A DNA stretch of 61,576 bases, counting the filler, from a bacterium (GTDB lineage Bacteria > JAMOTN01), in the NCBI GenBank assembly GCA_027062325.1. It is 6 parts of 6 records of this genome, joined end to end, with 100 filler letters (N's around TTAATTAATTAA, not from the genome) between each part and the next. Parts side by side here need not be neighbours in the genome. Positions count along the whole stretch, not along the records: positions 25,506 to 56,332 come from JAMOTN010000049.1; positions 56,433 to 61,576 come from JAMOTN010000053.1; 4 more parts are not named here. The stretch is one strand, 5' to 3'. The first letter of the stretch is position 1, and every line of letters starts with the position of its first letter. The notes under the pieces are model-generated. The model saw only the letters and a list, made by a program, of their open reading frames with translations. It did no database searches and was not told the origin of the DNA. Shown here one piece after another: positions 51,603-61,576 of the stretch. Made by a program: the position numbers and the translations under genes.

Positions 51603-52832
51603 CTAATTGCAACCAATCCTGTTCAAAATTTCCAAATTGTACAAATTCTTATCGTTATCTATCAATATTGCTCCCACTCTTTTCCTCGAAACTGCATTTG
51701 GGGAAAAGAGAATAAAACTTTCCGCTCCTCTGTTTGAATCCAGTACATTCACAGGCAAAAGTTTTTTGACACTTTCATTAATTCCACCTAAAACTTCACC
51801 TTCTAAAAGTATGGAACCATCTTTCTGCTTAACAAACTTATAAAGTGCCTGCATATTCAAAGCATCCGATATAATAAAGACCGAAGCAGCTTTTACCCTT
51901 GCATTGAAAAGTTCTACCGGTTCTGCAACCTTCACCTGCAATCCTAAGTTATAAGTTTTATCAATCCTAGAATTTGCAGACATAACCTTGAACAAACCAA
52001 TACTCGTTAGAATAAACAACTTATTCCCTAAACTATAAGGTTGGGCAAAAAAGCTTAAATAAAGTTCATCATCATTGTTCTTCTGCAAGTAATATACATC
52101 ATCTGCTGAGAATAAAAGTACTCCGTCTTTAAAATTCAAAGCAATCCTATCTCTATCTCCATATGTCTTCCCCACAAATTTAACGTCCGATATCCAGTCA
52201 AACACGTATCCTTTCTTCAAGTTTCCTTTTACGTTAAGCAACACCTCTGCAACTAGCAAAGTTTTACCAGTAGTGAAGTTCAAAACACAGTAACCATCAA
52301 TTGCTCTAAAATTCTTCACATACCATATATTTTTATTTGCTTTCACTTCAAAAGAAAAAGCCAATACCAAATGCAACCTCTTATCCTTACCCGGCAAAGT
52401 TTTGAAACACATTATCCTATATCTCTTTTCAAACTGAATTCGTGAAGTGTAGTAAGCAGCAGCTACCCATAGCTCATTTCTAGGATAACTTTGCACATAA
52501 ACGTCTCCTAAAACTCCATTAAAATCAACCTTAACATCACTATCTCCCAAACCTACCCATATACTCCTTACAGACTTTTTAACCCAATAACCCATAGTCT
52601 CCAAAACTTGCTGTCCTTCAGTTAGATATCTCACAAATAATCCTCTTCCCGTCCTAATATACTCATCATTTCCAAGCTCTTCAATCAACAATGCATCCTT
52701 TCTAATAACAGGCCACGAGTAGTTATCAAACGGAATCCTACAAACACTTTGCATATCCAGTCTCACATTTGCAGCTAAGTTAAGGATTACAAAAGTCAAA
52801 ACAATTAAAATCCAAAATTTTCTCTTCAACAT
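51603..52832 (-). CDS. Hypothetical exported beta-rich protein
   Basis: 409-aa ORF with an N-terminal signal peptide; overlaps the upstream gene in an operon-like manner. Confidence 0.55.
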   Translation of the reverse strand: MLKRKFWILIVLTFVILNLAANVRLDMQSVCRIPFDNYSWPVIRKDALLIEELGNDEYIRTGRGLFVRYLTEGQQVLETMGYWVKKSVRSIWVGLGDSDVKVDFNGVLGDVYVQSYPRNELWVAAAYYTSRIQFEKRYRIMCFKTLPGKDKRLHLVLAFSFEVKANKNIWYVKNFRAIDGYCVLNFTTGKTLLVAEVLLNVKGNLKKGYVFDWISDVKFVGKTYGDRDRIALNFKDGVLLFSADDVYYLQKNNDDELYLSFFAQPYSLGNKLFILTSIGLFKVMSANSRIDKTYNLGLQVKVAEPVELFNARVKAASVFIISDALNMQALYKFVKQKDGSILLEGEVLGGINESVKKLLPVNVLDSNRGAESFILFSPNAVSRKRVGAILIDNDKNLYNLEILNRIGCN

Positions 52833-53302
52833 CTTATCAACTCCCCCCCTACAACATGACAGTTAGTAATTGCCTTTACCCTATTCATTTTAAACCACGC
52901 ACAAACATCCTGCCACCTGCACCCTCTACAAACCACCCTGGATATAACAAGTGAATTTCTATTAACAGCTCGAAATACATCCCCAGGACGATACAGAGTC
53001 TTTAAACCTTTCCAGAAACAACTCTTCTTTAGCACTCGATAAACAGCTTTATCCAATCTGATGATCTTCTCCTCCATTTTGCACATACCATCAATCAAAT
53101 TTGGACACAACATACATACCTCATCTGGAGAAAATGTCAACTTCAAAATTCTGTTGGTATAACCATCAGCAATCTTTTCCACTACAGACTGCAAATTACG
53201 TGTAAAACTATCAGAATAACCATACCCTACAAATCCCTGGAGGCAAACAATATGATGGAATCGCAGCCGTAAACCTTTAAAATTCTCCAGCAGAATCACC
53301 AC
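52826..53302 (-). CDS. DUF1284-family Cys-rich protein
   Basis: LRFHHIVCLQGFVGYGYSDSF, DEVCMLCP and CRGCRWQDVC motifs. Confidence 0.8.
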   Translation of the reverse strand: MVILLENFKGLRLRFHHIVCLQGFVGYGYSDSFTRNLQSVVEKIADGYTNRILKLTFSPDEVCMLCPNLIDGMCKMEEKIIRLDKAVYRVLKKSCFWKGLKTLYRPGDVFRAVNRNSLVISRVVCRGCRWQDVCAWFKMNRVKAITNCHVVGGELIRC

Positions 53303-54545
53303 TTTCTTTTAAAATTTTAACAATCTTGTTAGCAGCCTTACCATCTCCATACACAAAACTTTTAACGTAATAGCTCTTCAATTTAGAAAAATCAGTAAGG
53401 ACTTCTTTTAAAAAGCTTTTTAACTGCTCTGGCACAGGAAATAACCTAACATTCTTATCCAAAACCTCTATACGCTCAGTCTCTCTTCTCATAACAAAAC
53501 AAGGTTTTCCAAGAAATGCTGTCTCCTCCTGTATTCCTCCAGAATCGGTTATTACTAAATCCGCTCCAAGTAACATCATAGAAAACAAAGCATAGTCTAA
53601 CGGCGGCAGTAAAAGCGTATTTTCTAACCCATGTCTTGCAAATACTCTTTTAAATTTCTGAGATTGCATATTAGGATGCCAAACAAACGTAAACAGCACT
53701 TTCTTAAACTCCAAAGCAACTTCCAAAATAGCCTGTGCATATTCTGAAGCAGCTTTAAAATTTTCTCGCCTGTGAAAGGTTATAAGAATTAGTTTATCAA
53801 ATGCTCTTATGTTAACTTTTTTTAACACATCTTTCAATATAAACTTTAAACCAGACTCGTTCAAATTTTTATAAAGTTCAAAAGTATTACCCTTAAATTC
53901 TGAAGATAACAAACGCTGCAAATAAGATCTGCTATTCTCCAAATTCAACTTTTTAACCCTTTCACTCAATACAAACACAAGGGAATCTATACCAGTATTT
54001 CCAACAACCCATATTCTCTCAGGGTTAACTCCTTCACACAAAAGGTTACTCTTAGCTCTATCAGTAGGAGCGAAGTGGTAAGTTGAAAGCTCAGATACTA
54101 AACGTCTATTCATCTCCTCCGGAAAAGGACTTCTCATATTTTTTGTTCTAAGCCCAGCCTCTATATGAACAACCTCTAACCCTTTCAGAAAAGAAGCAAA
54201 AGCCGCTGCAAATGTGGTTGCTGTGTCCCCTTGCACTATTGCAACACTTTTTTTTCTCACTTCTTCATCTAATTTCCCTAAAAATTCTCCAACTGCCTTT
54301 AAAATACTACTGTAAATGGACAACAAATCAGTATTATCTTCAAGTTTTAAAAAATGAACATTTTCCTTTAAATCAAACACTTCCAGCAAACCCTTTAGTG
54401 TATCAGAATGCTGCCCACTTATAACAAACTCAACATTTAAATTTTGACGTTTCAATTCCCAAAATAGCGGAGCTAACTTGATAATTTCTGGCCTCGTTCC
54501 TGCAAACACAAAAAATCTTTTCAAACCAAACGACTCCTTACACAT
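53277..54545 (-). CDS. wecB: UDP-N-acetylglucosamine 2-epimerase (non-hydrolysing)
   Basis: GTRPEIIK, SGQH, VQGDT, HIEAGLRT, SPFPEEMNR, HRREN, TDSGGIQEE, TER, YGDG. Confidence 0.93.
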   Translation of the reverse strand: MCKESFGLKRFFVFAGTRPEIIKLAPLFWELKRQNLNVEFVISGQHSDTLKGLLEVFDLKENVHFLKLEDNTDLLSIYSSILKAVGEFLGKLDEEVRKKSVAIVQGDTATTFAAAFASFLKGLEVVHIEAGLRTKNMRSPFPEEMNRRLVSELSTYHFAPTDRAKSNLLCEGVNPERIWVVGNTGIDSLVFVLSERVKKLNLENSRSYLQRLLSSEFKGNTFELYKNLNESGLKFILKDVLKKVNIRAFDKLILITFHRRENFKAASEYAQAILEVALEFKKVLFTFVWHPNMQSQKFKRVFARHGLENTLLLPPLDYALFSMMLLGADLVITDSGGIQEETAFLGKPCFVMRRETERIEVLDKNVRLFPVPEQLKSFLKEVLTDFSKLKSYYVKSFVYGDGKAANKIVKILKESGDSAGEF

Positions 54546-54587
54546 GCCACTTAATAAACTTAAAAACCAAACATTTTAAAACAAAGT

Positions 54588-55649
54588 CTAAAATTGTGCA
54601 TCCTCATCTTCTATGAAAAACGTATCAACCTCCAATTTAACTTCGCCAAACCACTTTTTCCACAACTCTCTAGAGGTCCTTTCCAACTCAGTAAAAAGCT
54701 CAGCCAATCCCAACATCTCAAAATCACAACCTACCACTTTCTCACCAAATATTACACTTAAAGGAACATTCCTTCTATTAATCAACCAATCAACGAAGTT
54801 TTTAACAACTTGAACACACATACGCTCACTCTCATAGTGTCCAAAGCAAACAACAGCTCTCGACTGCTGGAACGAATCGTAAATCGGATGATAGCCAACT
54901 TCTCCTGTTACAAGCAATTTGTAATCTCCATAAACAACACTTGAAGCACTACCAGAGCAAAACAGTATTTTATCTCCTGCTTTTAACCTCTCACCGCGTT
55001 TATCTAAAAGCAACGACGAATCAAAACGAGGTCTAGCATTGTAAAACTCCTCAAGATAAGAAACTAGGCTGTTAAAAGTCACTTCTCCTTCTCTTATAAA
55101 AACTGAAACTGCATAACTTCCCAATCTAAACGGATTTGCAAAATCTTCTTGAGTTATCAAAGTCTCAGAAGTAGGTGTCCCCAAGCTAACCTTTAGACCA
55201 TTTTCACTCAACCATTTAGCTACATGCAAAGCCGCCAAAAAACTTGCTCCAAAAATTGACGAATCCAGATTAACATGCGCAATATACAAATCTACGCCCA
55301 ACTTGGCTAATTTAAACAATGCTGACACAGGGTAAACTTCCAAATCAAATTTCTTCATACCCGAAAACACCAACGGATGATGCAAAAACAGTATATCCAC
55401 AGGTCTCTTATTTTTTCTGTATTCCTCAAGCTTTTTCAAAACACTCTCTCCGCACCCTAAAGCAAAAGCTATTCTAACTCTTCCTTCTTCCTCAAAACCT
55501 GTTATGTATTCATCGTTAAGCCGCAACTGCACTCCTGCTGTATCCCACTCAAAAGGCGTATCTCCGAATAAATCATCAAAAAAGCTCTCAATCTTGTCAC
55601 GCACAAATCTTCTGCCTGATATATCAGAATGAATAGCTTGAGATTCCAC
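54588..55649 (-). CDS. Nif3-like dinuclear metal-centre protein
   Basis: WD..G.Q, HHPL, HVNLD, GSAS, TGEVGYH, GHYESE. Confidence 0.82.
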   Translation of the reverse strand: MESQAIHSDISGRRFVRDKIESFFDDLFGDTPFEWDTAGVQLRLNDEYITGFEEEGRVRIAFALGCGESVLKKLEEYRKNKRPVDILFLHHPLVFSGMKKFDLEVYPVSALFKLAKLGVDLYIAHVNLDSSIFGASFLAALHVAKWLSENGLKVSLGTPTSETLITQEDFANPFRLGSYAVSVFIREGEVTFNSLVSYLEEFYNARPRFDSSLLLDKRGERLKAGDKILFCSGSASSVVYGDYKLLVTGEVGYHPIYDSFQQSRAVVCFGHYESERMCVQVVKNFVDWLINRRNVPLSVIFGEKVVGCDFEMLGLAELFTELERTSRELWKKWFGEVKLEVDTFFIEDEDAQF

Positions 55650-55760
55650 TCTATCTTTCCTCCCGTGAAGTCAAATTTTTTCATCACAAAAGCAACATTT
55701 AACTTCAAAATGTTATTCTACTACACCTTAGCCGTCTTTCAATTACCAATCGTTATCTTA

Positions 55761-56332
55761 CTAAACTGCTCCTTCAATATCCTTCATCTCCTCCTTGACC
55801 TCATCAAATAGATAAGCTAATACCTCACTTGCCTCTTCTAAATTCCCCACCTGTTGAGAGATATCTTCAACCGTATCTTCCATCTGCTTTGCTACAACTT
55901 TAAAAGTCTGACCCTTTCCCTCTATAAATCGACTTGCCTCCATCTTAGCATTCACAGCCAAAATTCGTGTCGTAGCAAGAATATCCTTCATCTCAAGAAT
56001 AACCGCATCCAAATTTCTCGAGAAAGTAAACATTTTCTCACTCAAATTCTCAAATGACTTCAACAACTCACGTACATCGCGTTTTTTCAGCTGCTCTACC
56101 ATTTCAACAAAGTCGTAAACAAACTTTGCCCCTTTTGAAGTCAAAAGATCCTGCCTTGAAAAATCCACTTTTTCTATCAAATCATCCCTAACTTTTGGGG
56201 AACCTGTAAGCTCAATAACTAAGTCAGCTTCAGGTAGTAAAGCATCGTAATTATCAGCAGTTGGAACTCCTATCTCTCCTGCTTTTATGATGCCGGGAGC
56301 ATTTTTTTGCTTATCAACAACTCCAATAATTT
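55761..56332 (-). CDS. Soluble chemoreceptor-like protein with a Rossmann-like N-terminal domain, partial
   Basis: Frame is open to the spacer: IIGVVDKQKNAPGIIKAGEIGVP...ADLVIELTG, then a short MCP-like segment TRILAVNAKMEASR...GQTFKVVAKQM. Confidence 0.7.
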
Positions 56333-56432
56333 NNNNNNNNNNNNNNNNNNNNNNNNNNNNNNNNNNNNNNNNNNNNTTAATTAATTAANNNNNNNNNNNN
56401 NNNNNNNNNNNNNNNNNNNNNNNNNNNNNNNN
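56333..56432. other. Artificial contig-joining spacer
   Basis: N-run + TTAATTAATTAA + N-run. Confidence 0.98.
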
Positions 56433-57270
56433 TCATAATCCGCCGAATCTTGCAGGGATTGAGGCTATAACCAAACTTTTGCCTGATGTTCCACAGGTTG
56501 GAGTATTTGATACTGCTTTTCATCAAACAATTCCAGAGCATGTATACCTTTATGCTTTACCACGTGAATTTTACGAAAAATACGAAATGAGAAGATACGG
56601 ATTTCATGGAACAAGTCACAGATATGTGACAGGGAGGGTGGCGGAACTTATAGGTAAGAAAGTAGAAGATCTCAAGATAATAACATGCCACATAGGTAAT
56701 GGAGCCAGTATTGCGGCAGTGAATGGAGGAAAGAGCATGGATACCAGTATGGGTTTTACACCACTTGAAGGATTGATAATGGGTACTCGTTGTGGAGACA
56801 TAGATCCTGCTATTCCAATATTCTTGATAAGGCAGGGTTTCTCGGCAGATGAGGTTGACAAGATTTTGAATAAGAAAAGTGGAGTTCTTGGGATAACTGG
56901 TTATACGAACGATATGAGGGAAATAGAAGAAGGATATTTTGCTGGGGATGAAAAGTGCGTATTGGCAACAAAAATGTATGCTTATCGCATAAAAAAATAC
57001 ATAGGAGCGTATGCTGCAGCTCTTGGTGGAGTGGATGTAATAGTGTTTACAGGTGGAGTTGGGGAAAATATGCCTATTTTGAGAGAACTTGCTTTAGAAG
57101 GATTGGAATTTATGGGAGTTGAGTTGGATAAAGAGAAGAATAAGGTTACGTGGAAAGGTAAAGAGGGACCTATTCACAAAGAGGGGAGTAAGGTTCAGGT
57201 ATGGGTTGTTCCTACGAATGAAGAGCTAATGATTGCCAGAGATACTGCTCAAATTGTTTTTGATAAGTGA
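56433..57270 (+). CDS. ackA: Acetate kinase, partial (5' end missing)
   Basis: HNPPN, VFDTAFHQT, RRYGFHGTSH, HIGNGAS, DTSMGFTPLEG, FTGGVGEN, PTNEE. Confidence 0.96.
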
Positions 57271-57304
57271 TGTAGAGCAAGGGCTTTGGATTGGAGGTAT
57301 GGAT

Positions 57305-58051
57305 ATGGATTTAACAGCTCAAATGTTGAAAAGAGTTGTAGAGGAGCTGAGAGTTCATGAAGCTTTAAAAGGAACAGCAGATAGAGAGGAAGCATGTGAA
57401 AAAGGAGAAAGTGAGAAAAATTGGACGAAAATAGATACCCCCACAAAACCTTCGTGGTTAGGAAGTGCAACTCTGCTTGGACCGATTCCAGTAGGGGTTT
57501 CAAATAGGCACGTTCACTTATCTAGGGAGCACGTAGAAATTTTATTTGGTAGGGACTATAGGCTTAGAAAAATAAAAGATTTAACTCAGCCTGGGCAGTT
57601 TGCCTGTGAGGAGACGGTGATGGTTGTTGGTAGAAGAGGAGTAATTCCGAAGGTACGTGTTTTAGGGCCAGAGAGATCTCAAACGCAGGTTGAATTATCT
57701 GCTACTGACGCACGCCTTTTGGGATTAAAACCTCCGGTCAGGGATTCTGGTGATCTTGCAGGATCGGAAACTTGCGTGCTTGTTGGTCCGGCTGGATACG
57801 TGGTTTTGAAGGAGGGTGTGATAATAGCTAAGCGCCATATACACATGACTCCGCAAGAGGCAGACTCGTTTGGGCTTAAAGATAAAGATATAGTGGCTGT
57901 CTATGTTCCAAGCCCGGAAAGAGCAGTAGTATTTGATGATGTTTTGGTCAGGGTCTCTGATAAGTATGCGCTGGATTTCCACTTGGATACAGATGAAGCT
58001 AATGCGGCGGGAGTTAAAACAGGAGATATTGCTTATATTATAAAACAGTAA
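57305..58051 (+). CDS. pduL: PduL-type phosphate acyltransferase
   Basis: IPVGVSNRHVHLS, LTQPGQFA, VRVLGP, QVELS.TD, RHIHM, HLDTDEANA. Confidence 0.92.
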   Translation: MDLTAQMLKRVVEELRVHEALKGTADREEACEKGESEKNWTKIDTPTKPSWLGSATLLGPIPVGVSNRHVHLSREHVEILFGRDYRLRKIKDLTQPGQFACEETVMVVGRRGVIPKVRVLGPERSQTQVELSATDARLLGLKPPVRDSGDLAGSETCVLVGPAGYVVLKEGVIIAKRHIHMTPQEADSFGLKDKDIVAVYVPSPERAVVFDDVLVRVSDKYALDFHLDTDEANAAGVKTGDIAYIIKQ

Positions 58052-58251
58052 GTCAACCTAACGAATAGAGTGAATGGAAATAGGGAAAAAATGAGTTCTT
58101 GAAATTAATTGGTTAAAAGAGTAATCTAAACAATAGTAGAAAAAGGAATATAGGAGGTTAAAACGGAAGGAAATCTGTAAATGAAATTTGCGCGAGATGT
58201 GTGTGACGTAAAGCACTATGGGAGTACTAGGAGTTAAGGAGGGGATAAAAA

Positions 58252-59079
58252 ATGGCTGAAAATTACTACGAGAATTTGTTCAGGAAAGAGCCACAAAAGC
58301 CGTATGTGGATTTAGGACCAGCACTTCCTCAAAATTACGGAAAAACAAGGATTGTTCTAATGGCTGTTGATCCGTGGTGGCTTCATACGTACTGGGAAGT
58401 TACACCGGAGGATAGAGAAAATGTATTGAAGATTGTAGGAGATGGGGCACGTGAAGTTTTGCGTGTTTATAATTTGAGTGATGGGACGCATTTTGACATA
58501 GATTTAATTCCTGGTGTGAAAAATTGGTATATAAATGTGAACAAACCTGATGGAAAGTTCAAGGTATCTATTGGATTTCTAGACTCAAATGGTAATTTTT
58601 ATGAGATAGCTTCTTCAAATGAGATGATTACCCCTCCTGCATCAGTGCGAGAAGGAAAGGTTGAGGAGGCAGTTGTGACTGAAAGTGAACGTTTGATACT
58701 TGCTTCGATTGACAGGGCATTAGCAGATTCAAGTGCTTTCCGTGAACTGATTAGAGAGCAGCTGGTGTCTAAGATTGCTCAGTGGCAAGTGTTATCAAGT
58801 GGGCATCTTGCTAGTGAAGGATTAGCTAGAGAATACAGGGAAAGAGGGGAGAAAAAGAGAGGATTTTTCTTAGAGGTTGGCACTCGTTTGATTCTCCATG
58901 GTCGTACAGTACCTGGTGCCAGCGTTAAGGTGATGGGCAAGCCTGTTACGCTTATGCCTGATGGAACTTTTAAGCTGGAGTTTGACTTACCAGATGGAGA
59001 GTTTGTGTTCCCGGTTGAGGCGACTGATGGTTTTGAAGCTGAGAAAATTACCATTAAAGTGGAGAGAGAGAGCAAGTAG
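58252..59079 (+). CDS. DUF4912-family protein
   Basis: LPQNYGKTRIVLMAVDPWWLHTYWE, NWYI, SN...TP; C-terminal LILHGRT.PGA...DGTF; family commonly found next to GH57 genes. Confidence 0.8.
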   Translation: MAENYYENLFRKEPQKPYVDLGPALPQNYGKTRIVLMAVDPWWLHTYWEVTPEDRENVLKIVGDGAREVLRVYNLSDGTHFDIDLIPGVKNWYINVNKPDGKFKVSIGFLDSNGNFYEIASSNEMITPPASVREGKVEEAVVTESERLILASIDRALADSSAFRELIREQLVSKIAQWQVLSSGHLASEGLAREYRERGEKKRGFFLEVGTRLILHGRTVPGASVKVMGKPVTLMPDGTFKLEFDLPDGEFVFPVEATDGFEAEKITIKVERESK

Positions 59080-59122
59080 AATCAGGGGCGTTTTATTTGT
59101 AATTAGTGCTAGAAGGAGTTGA

Positions 59123-60736
59123 ATGGTAATGACACCTAAAGGTTGGCTGGGTATAGTTTTACATGCGCATCTTCCTTTTGTGAGGGAGCCTGAATACGAA
59201 TTTTTTATGGAGGAACTTTGGTTTTATGAGGCAATGCTTGAGACGTATTTGCCACTTCTTGATAAGTTTACTTCTCTTCTGAATGAGGGTGTAGATTTTA
59301 ATTTGACTATGTCTATAACTCCTCCTCTGATGGAGATGATGAGAGATGAGCTTTTGAAGCAAAGATTTGAAAGGCACTTTGATAAGCTTCAAGAACTTGC
59401 AGAAAAAGAGGTGTGGCGTACTAAATTTGATGAAAGGTTGAATAAGGTTGCCAGAATGTATAAAGAAAGGTTTTCACGTTTGAGAAGACTCTGGGAAAGT
59501 AATGGAAAAGACATTCTTGGAGCGTTCAAAAAGATTTCAGATACAGGTCACCTTGAGATAATAACCTGTGGAGCTACCCACGGCTTCTTGCCACTTTTGC
59601 AGGTTAATGAGAAGGCAGTTGAGGCTCAGATTAAGATTGGTGTTGATATTTACAGGCGCCACATGGGAAAAGATCCTGTGGGAATTTGGCTACCTGAGTG
59701 TGCGTATTATCCACGTGTGGATAAGTTTTTGGCAAAGTATGGGATAAGATTTTTTGTCATGGAAACTCATGGGGTGTTGTTTGCCAAACCGATGCCGCGT
59801 TATGGAGTTTATGCTCCAATTTACTGTCCGGATACTTTTGTTGCTGCTTTTGGAAGAGATGTTGAGTCTGGAAAGGCCGTATGGTCAGCGCAAGAGGGGT
59901 ATCCTGGTGATTTTGATTATAGAGAATTTTACAGAGATATAGGGTATGATTTGGATTTTGATTATATTGCTCCATACATTCATCCGGATGGAATACGCAT
60001 TAACACAGGTATAAAGTATCACAGAATTACGGGACGCGTAGATTTATCTCAGAAAGATATATACGATCCTGATAAGGCTTTAGAAAAGGCGGCGCTTCAC
60101 GCTGGAAACTTCATGTTTAATAGAGAAAAACAGGTTGAATGGTTGCGCTCGCATATGGATAGGGAGCCTGTTATAGTTGCTCCCTACGATGCAGAGCTTT
60201 TTGGTCACTGGTGGTTTGAGGGTCCAGATTTTCTATACTTCTTATTCAAAAAGATTCACTACGATCAAAATAACATTAAGACAGTCACGTTGAAGCAGTA
60301 TTTGAATATGTATCCTCAAAATCAAGTAGCAGAGCCTGCTTTTTCAAGTTGGGGTTATAAAGGGTATTGCGAAGTGTGGTTGAATGGTACGAATGACTGG
60401 ATATACCCGCATCTTCACATGGCTGCAGATAGAATGGTTGAGGTTACTACCAAGTTTAAAGCTGAATACGGCAAGAAAAATATTGTTGATCGCGCAATAA
60501 CCCAAATGGCCCGGGAACTTTTGCTTGCTCAGAGTTCCGATTGGGCTTTTTTGATAAAGATGGGAACAGCCGTGGAATATTCTACCAAGAGAACGCGTCA
60601 GCATATATGGAACTTCAACAGATTGTATGAGATGGTGAATGGAGGAAACATAGATCAGCAGTGGCTGGCATTTTTAGAGTGGAAGGACAATATATTCTCA
60701 GAGCTTGACTGGAGAGTATATGTGGCTGATAATTAG
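59123..60736 (+). CDS. GH57 1,4-alpha-glucan branching enzyme (DUF1957)
   Basis: LHAHLPFV, ETYLPL, ATHGFLPL, GIWLPECAY, PYDAELFGHWWFEG, ELLLAQSSDWAF. Confidence 0.93.
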   Translation: MVMTPKGWLGIVLHAHLPFVREPEYEFFMEELWFYEAMLETYLPLLDKFTSLLNEGVDFNLTMSITPPLMEMMRDELLKQRFERHFDKLQELAEKEVWRTKFDERLNKVARMYKERFSRLRRLWESNGKDILGAFKKISDTGHLEIITCGATHGFLPLLQVNEKAVEAQIKIGVDIYRRHMGKDPVGIWLPECAYYPRVDKFLAKYGIRFFVMETHGVLFAKPMPRYGVYAPIYCPDTFVAAFGRDVESGKAVWSAQEGYPGDFDYREFYRDIGYDLDFDYIAPYIHPDGIRINTGIKYHRITGRVDLSQKDIYDPDKALEKAALHAGNFMFNREKQVEWLRSHMDREPVIVAPYDAELFGHWWFEGPDFLYFLFKKIHYDQNNIKTVTLKQYLNMYPQNQVAEPAFSSWGYKGYCEVWLNGTNDWIYPHLHMAADRMVEVTTKFKAEYGKKNIVDRAITQMARELLLAQSSDWAFLIKMGTAVEYSTKRTRQHIWNFNRLYEMVNGGNIDQQWLAFLEWKDNIFSELDWRVYVADN

Positions 60737-60774
60737 GATAGAAGGAAGCGGTTTTGACCGCTAGGAGTTTGTAA

Positions 60775-61576
<802 letters not shown>

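Noticed and set aside
6734-56432. Five identical TTAATTAATTAA elements flanked by Ns, as a possible biological repeat
   Set aside because: These are assembly linkers with stops in all six frames. ORF ends containing X, and cross-linker neighbourhoods such as ffh next to csm4, are artefacts.

Overview
This window is not one continuous locus. It is six sequence pieces joined by artificial 100-nt spacers (N-run + TTAATTAATTAA + N-run) at 6734-6833, 13238-13337, 19413-19512, 25406-25505 and 56333-56432, so adjacency across spacers carries no meaning. The content fits a low-GC bacterium, probably an anaerobe, with chemotaxis and type IV pilus/T2SS-like genes. Piece 1: tandem archaeal-type (MJ/ATPase_2-like) ATPases, two nucleotide-sugar enzymes, a pseudopilin and a large Trp-rich lectin/DUF2341-like adhesin. 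Piece 2: asnS 3' end, cobB, a HEAT-repeat protein, a sigma-54 response regulator and two BatA/B-like vWA genes. Piece 3: rpsF-rpsR-DUF2232-rplI-dnaB with an S6:S18-type leader RNA and no ssb. Piece 4: a secretin-N-like protein, cheX, a minimal ASKHA/RACo-like protein, and tRNA-Ser(GGA), large SRP RNA and ffh in a row. Piece 5 (about 31 kb): the start of a type III CRISPR-Cas locus, with a 1161-aa Cas10 (intact HD and GGDD motifs) followed directly by Csm4, a palindromic operator in front, and a co-oriented ATP-grasp/RraA-like/amidohydrolase trio upstream. It also carries pilC, ileS, chemoreceptors, uvrB/uvrA, wecB, a Nif3-like gene and a ~550-nt intergenic region with clear unassigned RNA structure. 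Piece 6: ackA-pduL, DUF4912, a GH57 branching enzyme and gap. The best candidates for novelty are the non-canonical type III locus with its operator and upstream enzymes, and the structured RNA element(s) at 48277-48594. No CRISPR array is visible. All assignments come from motif recognition by eye; no searches were run.
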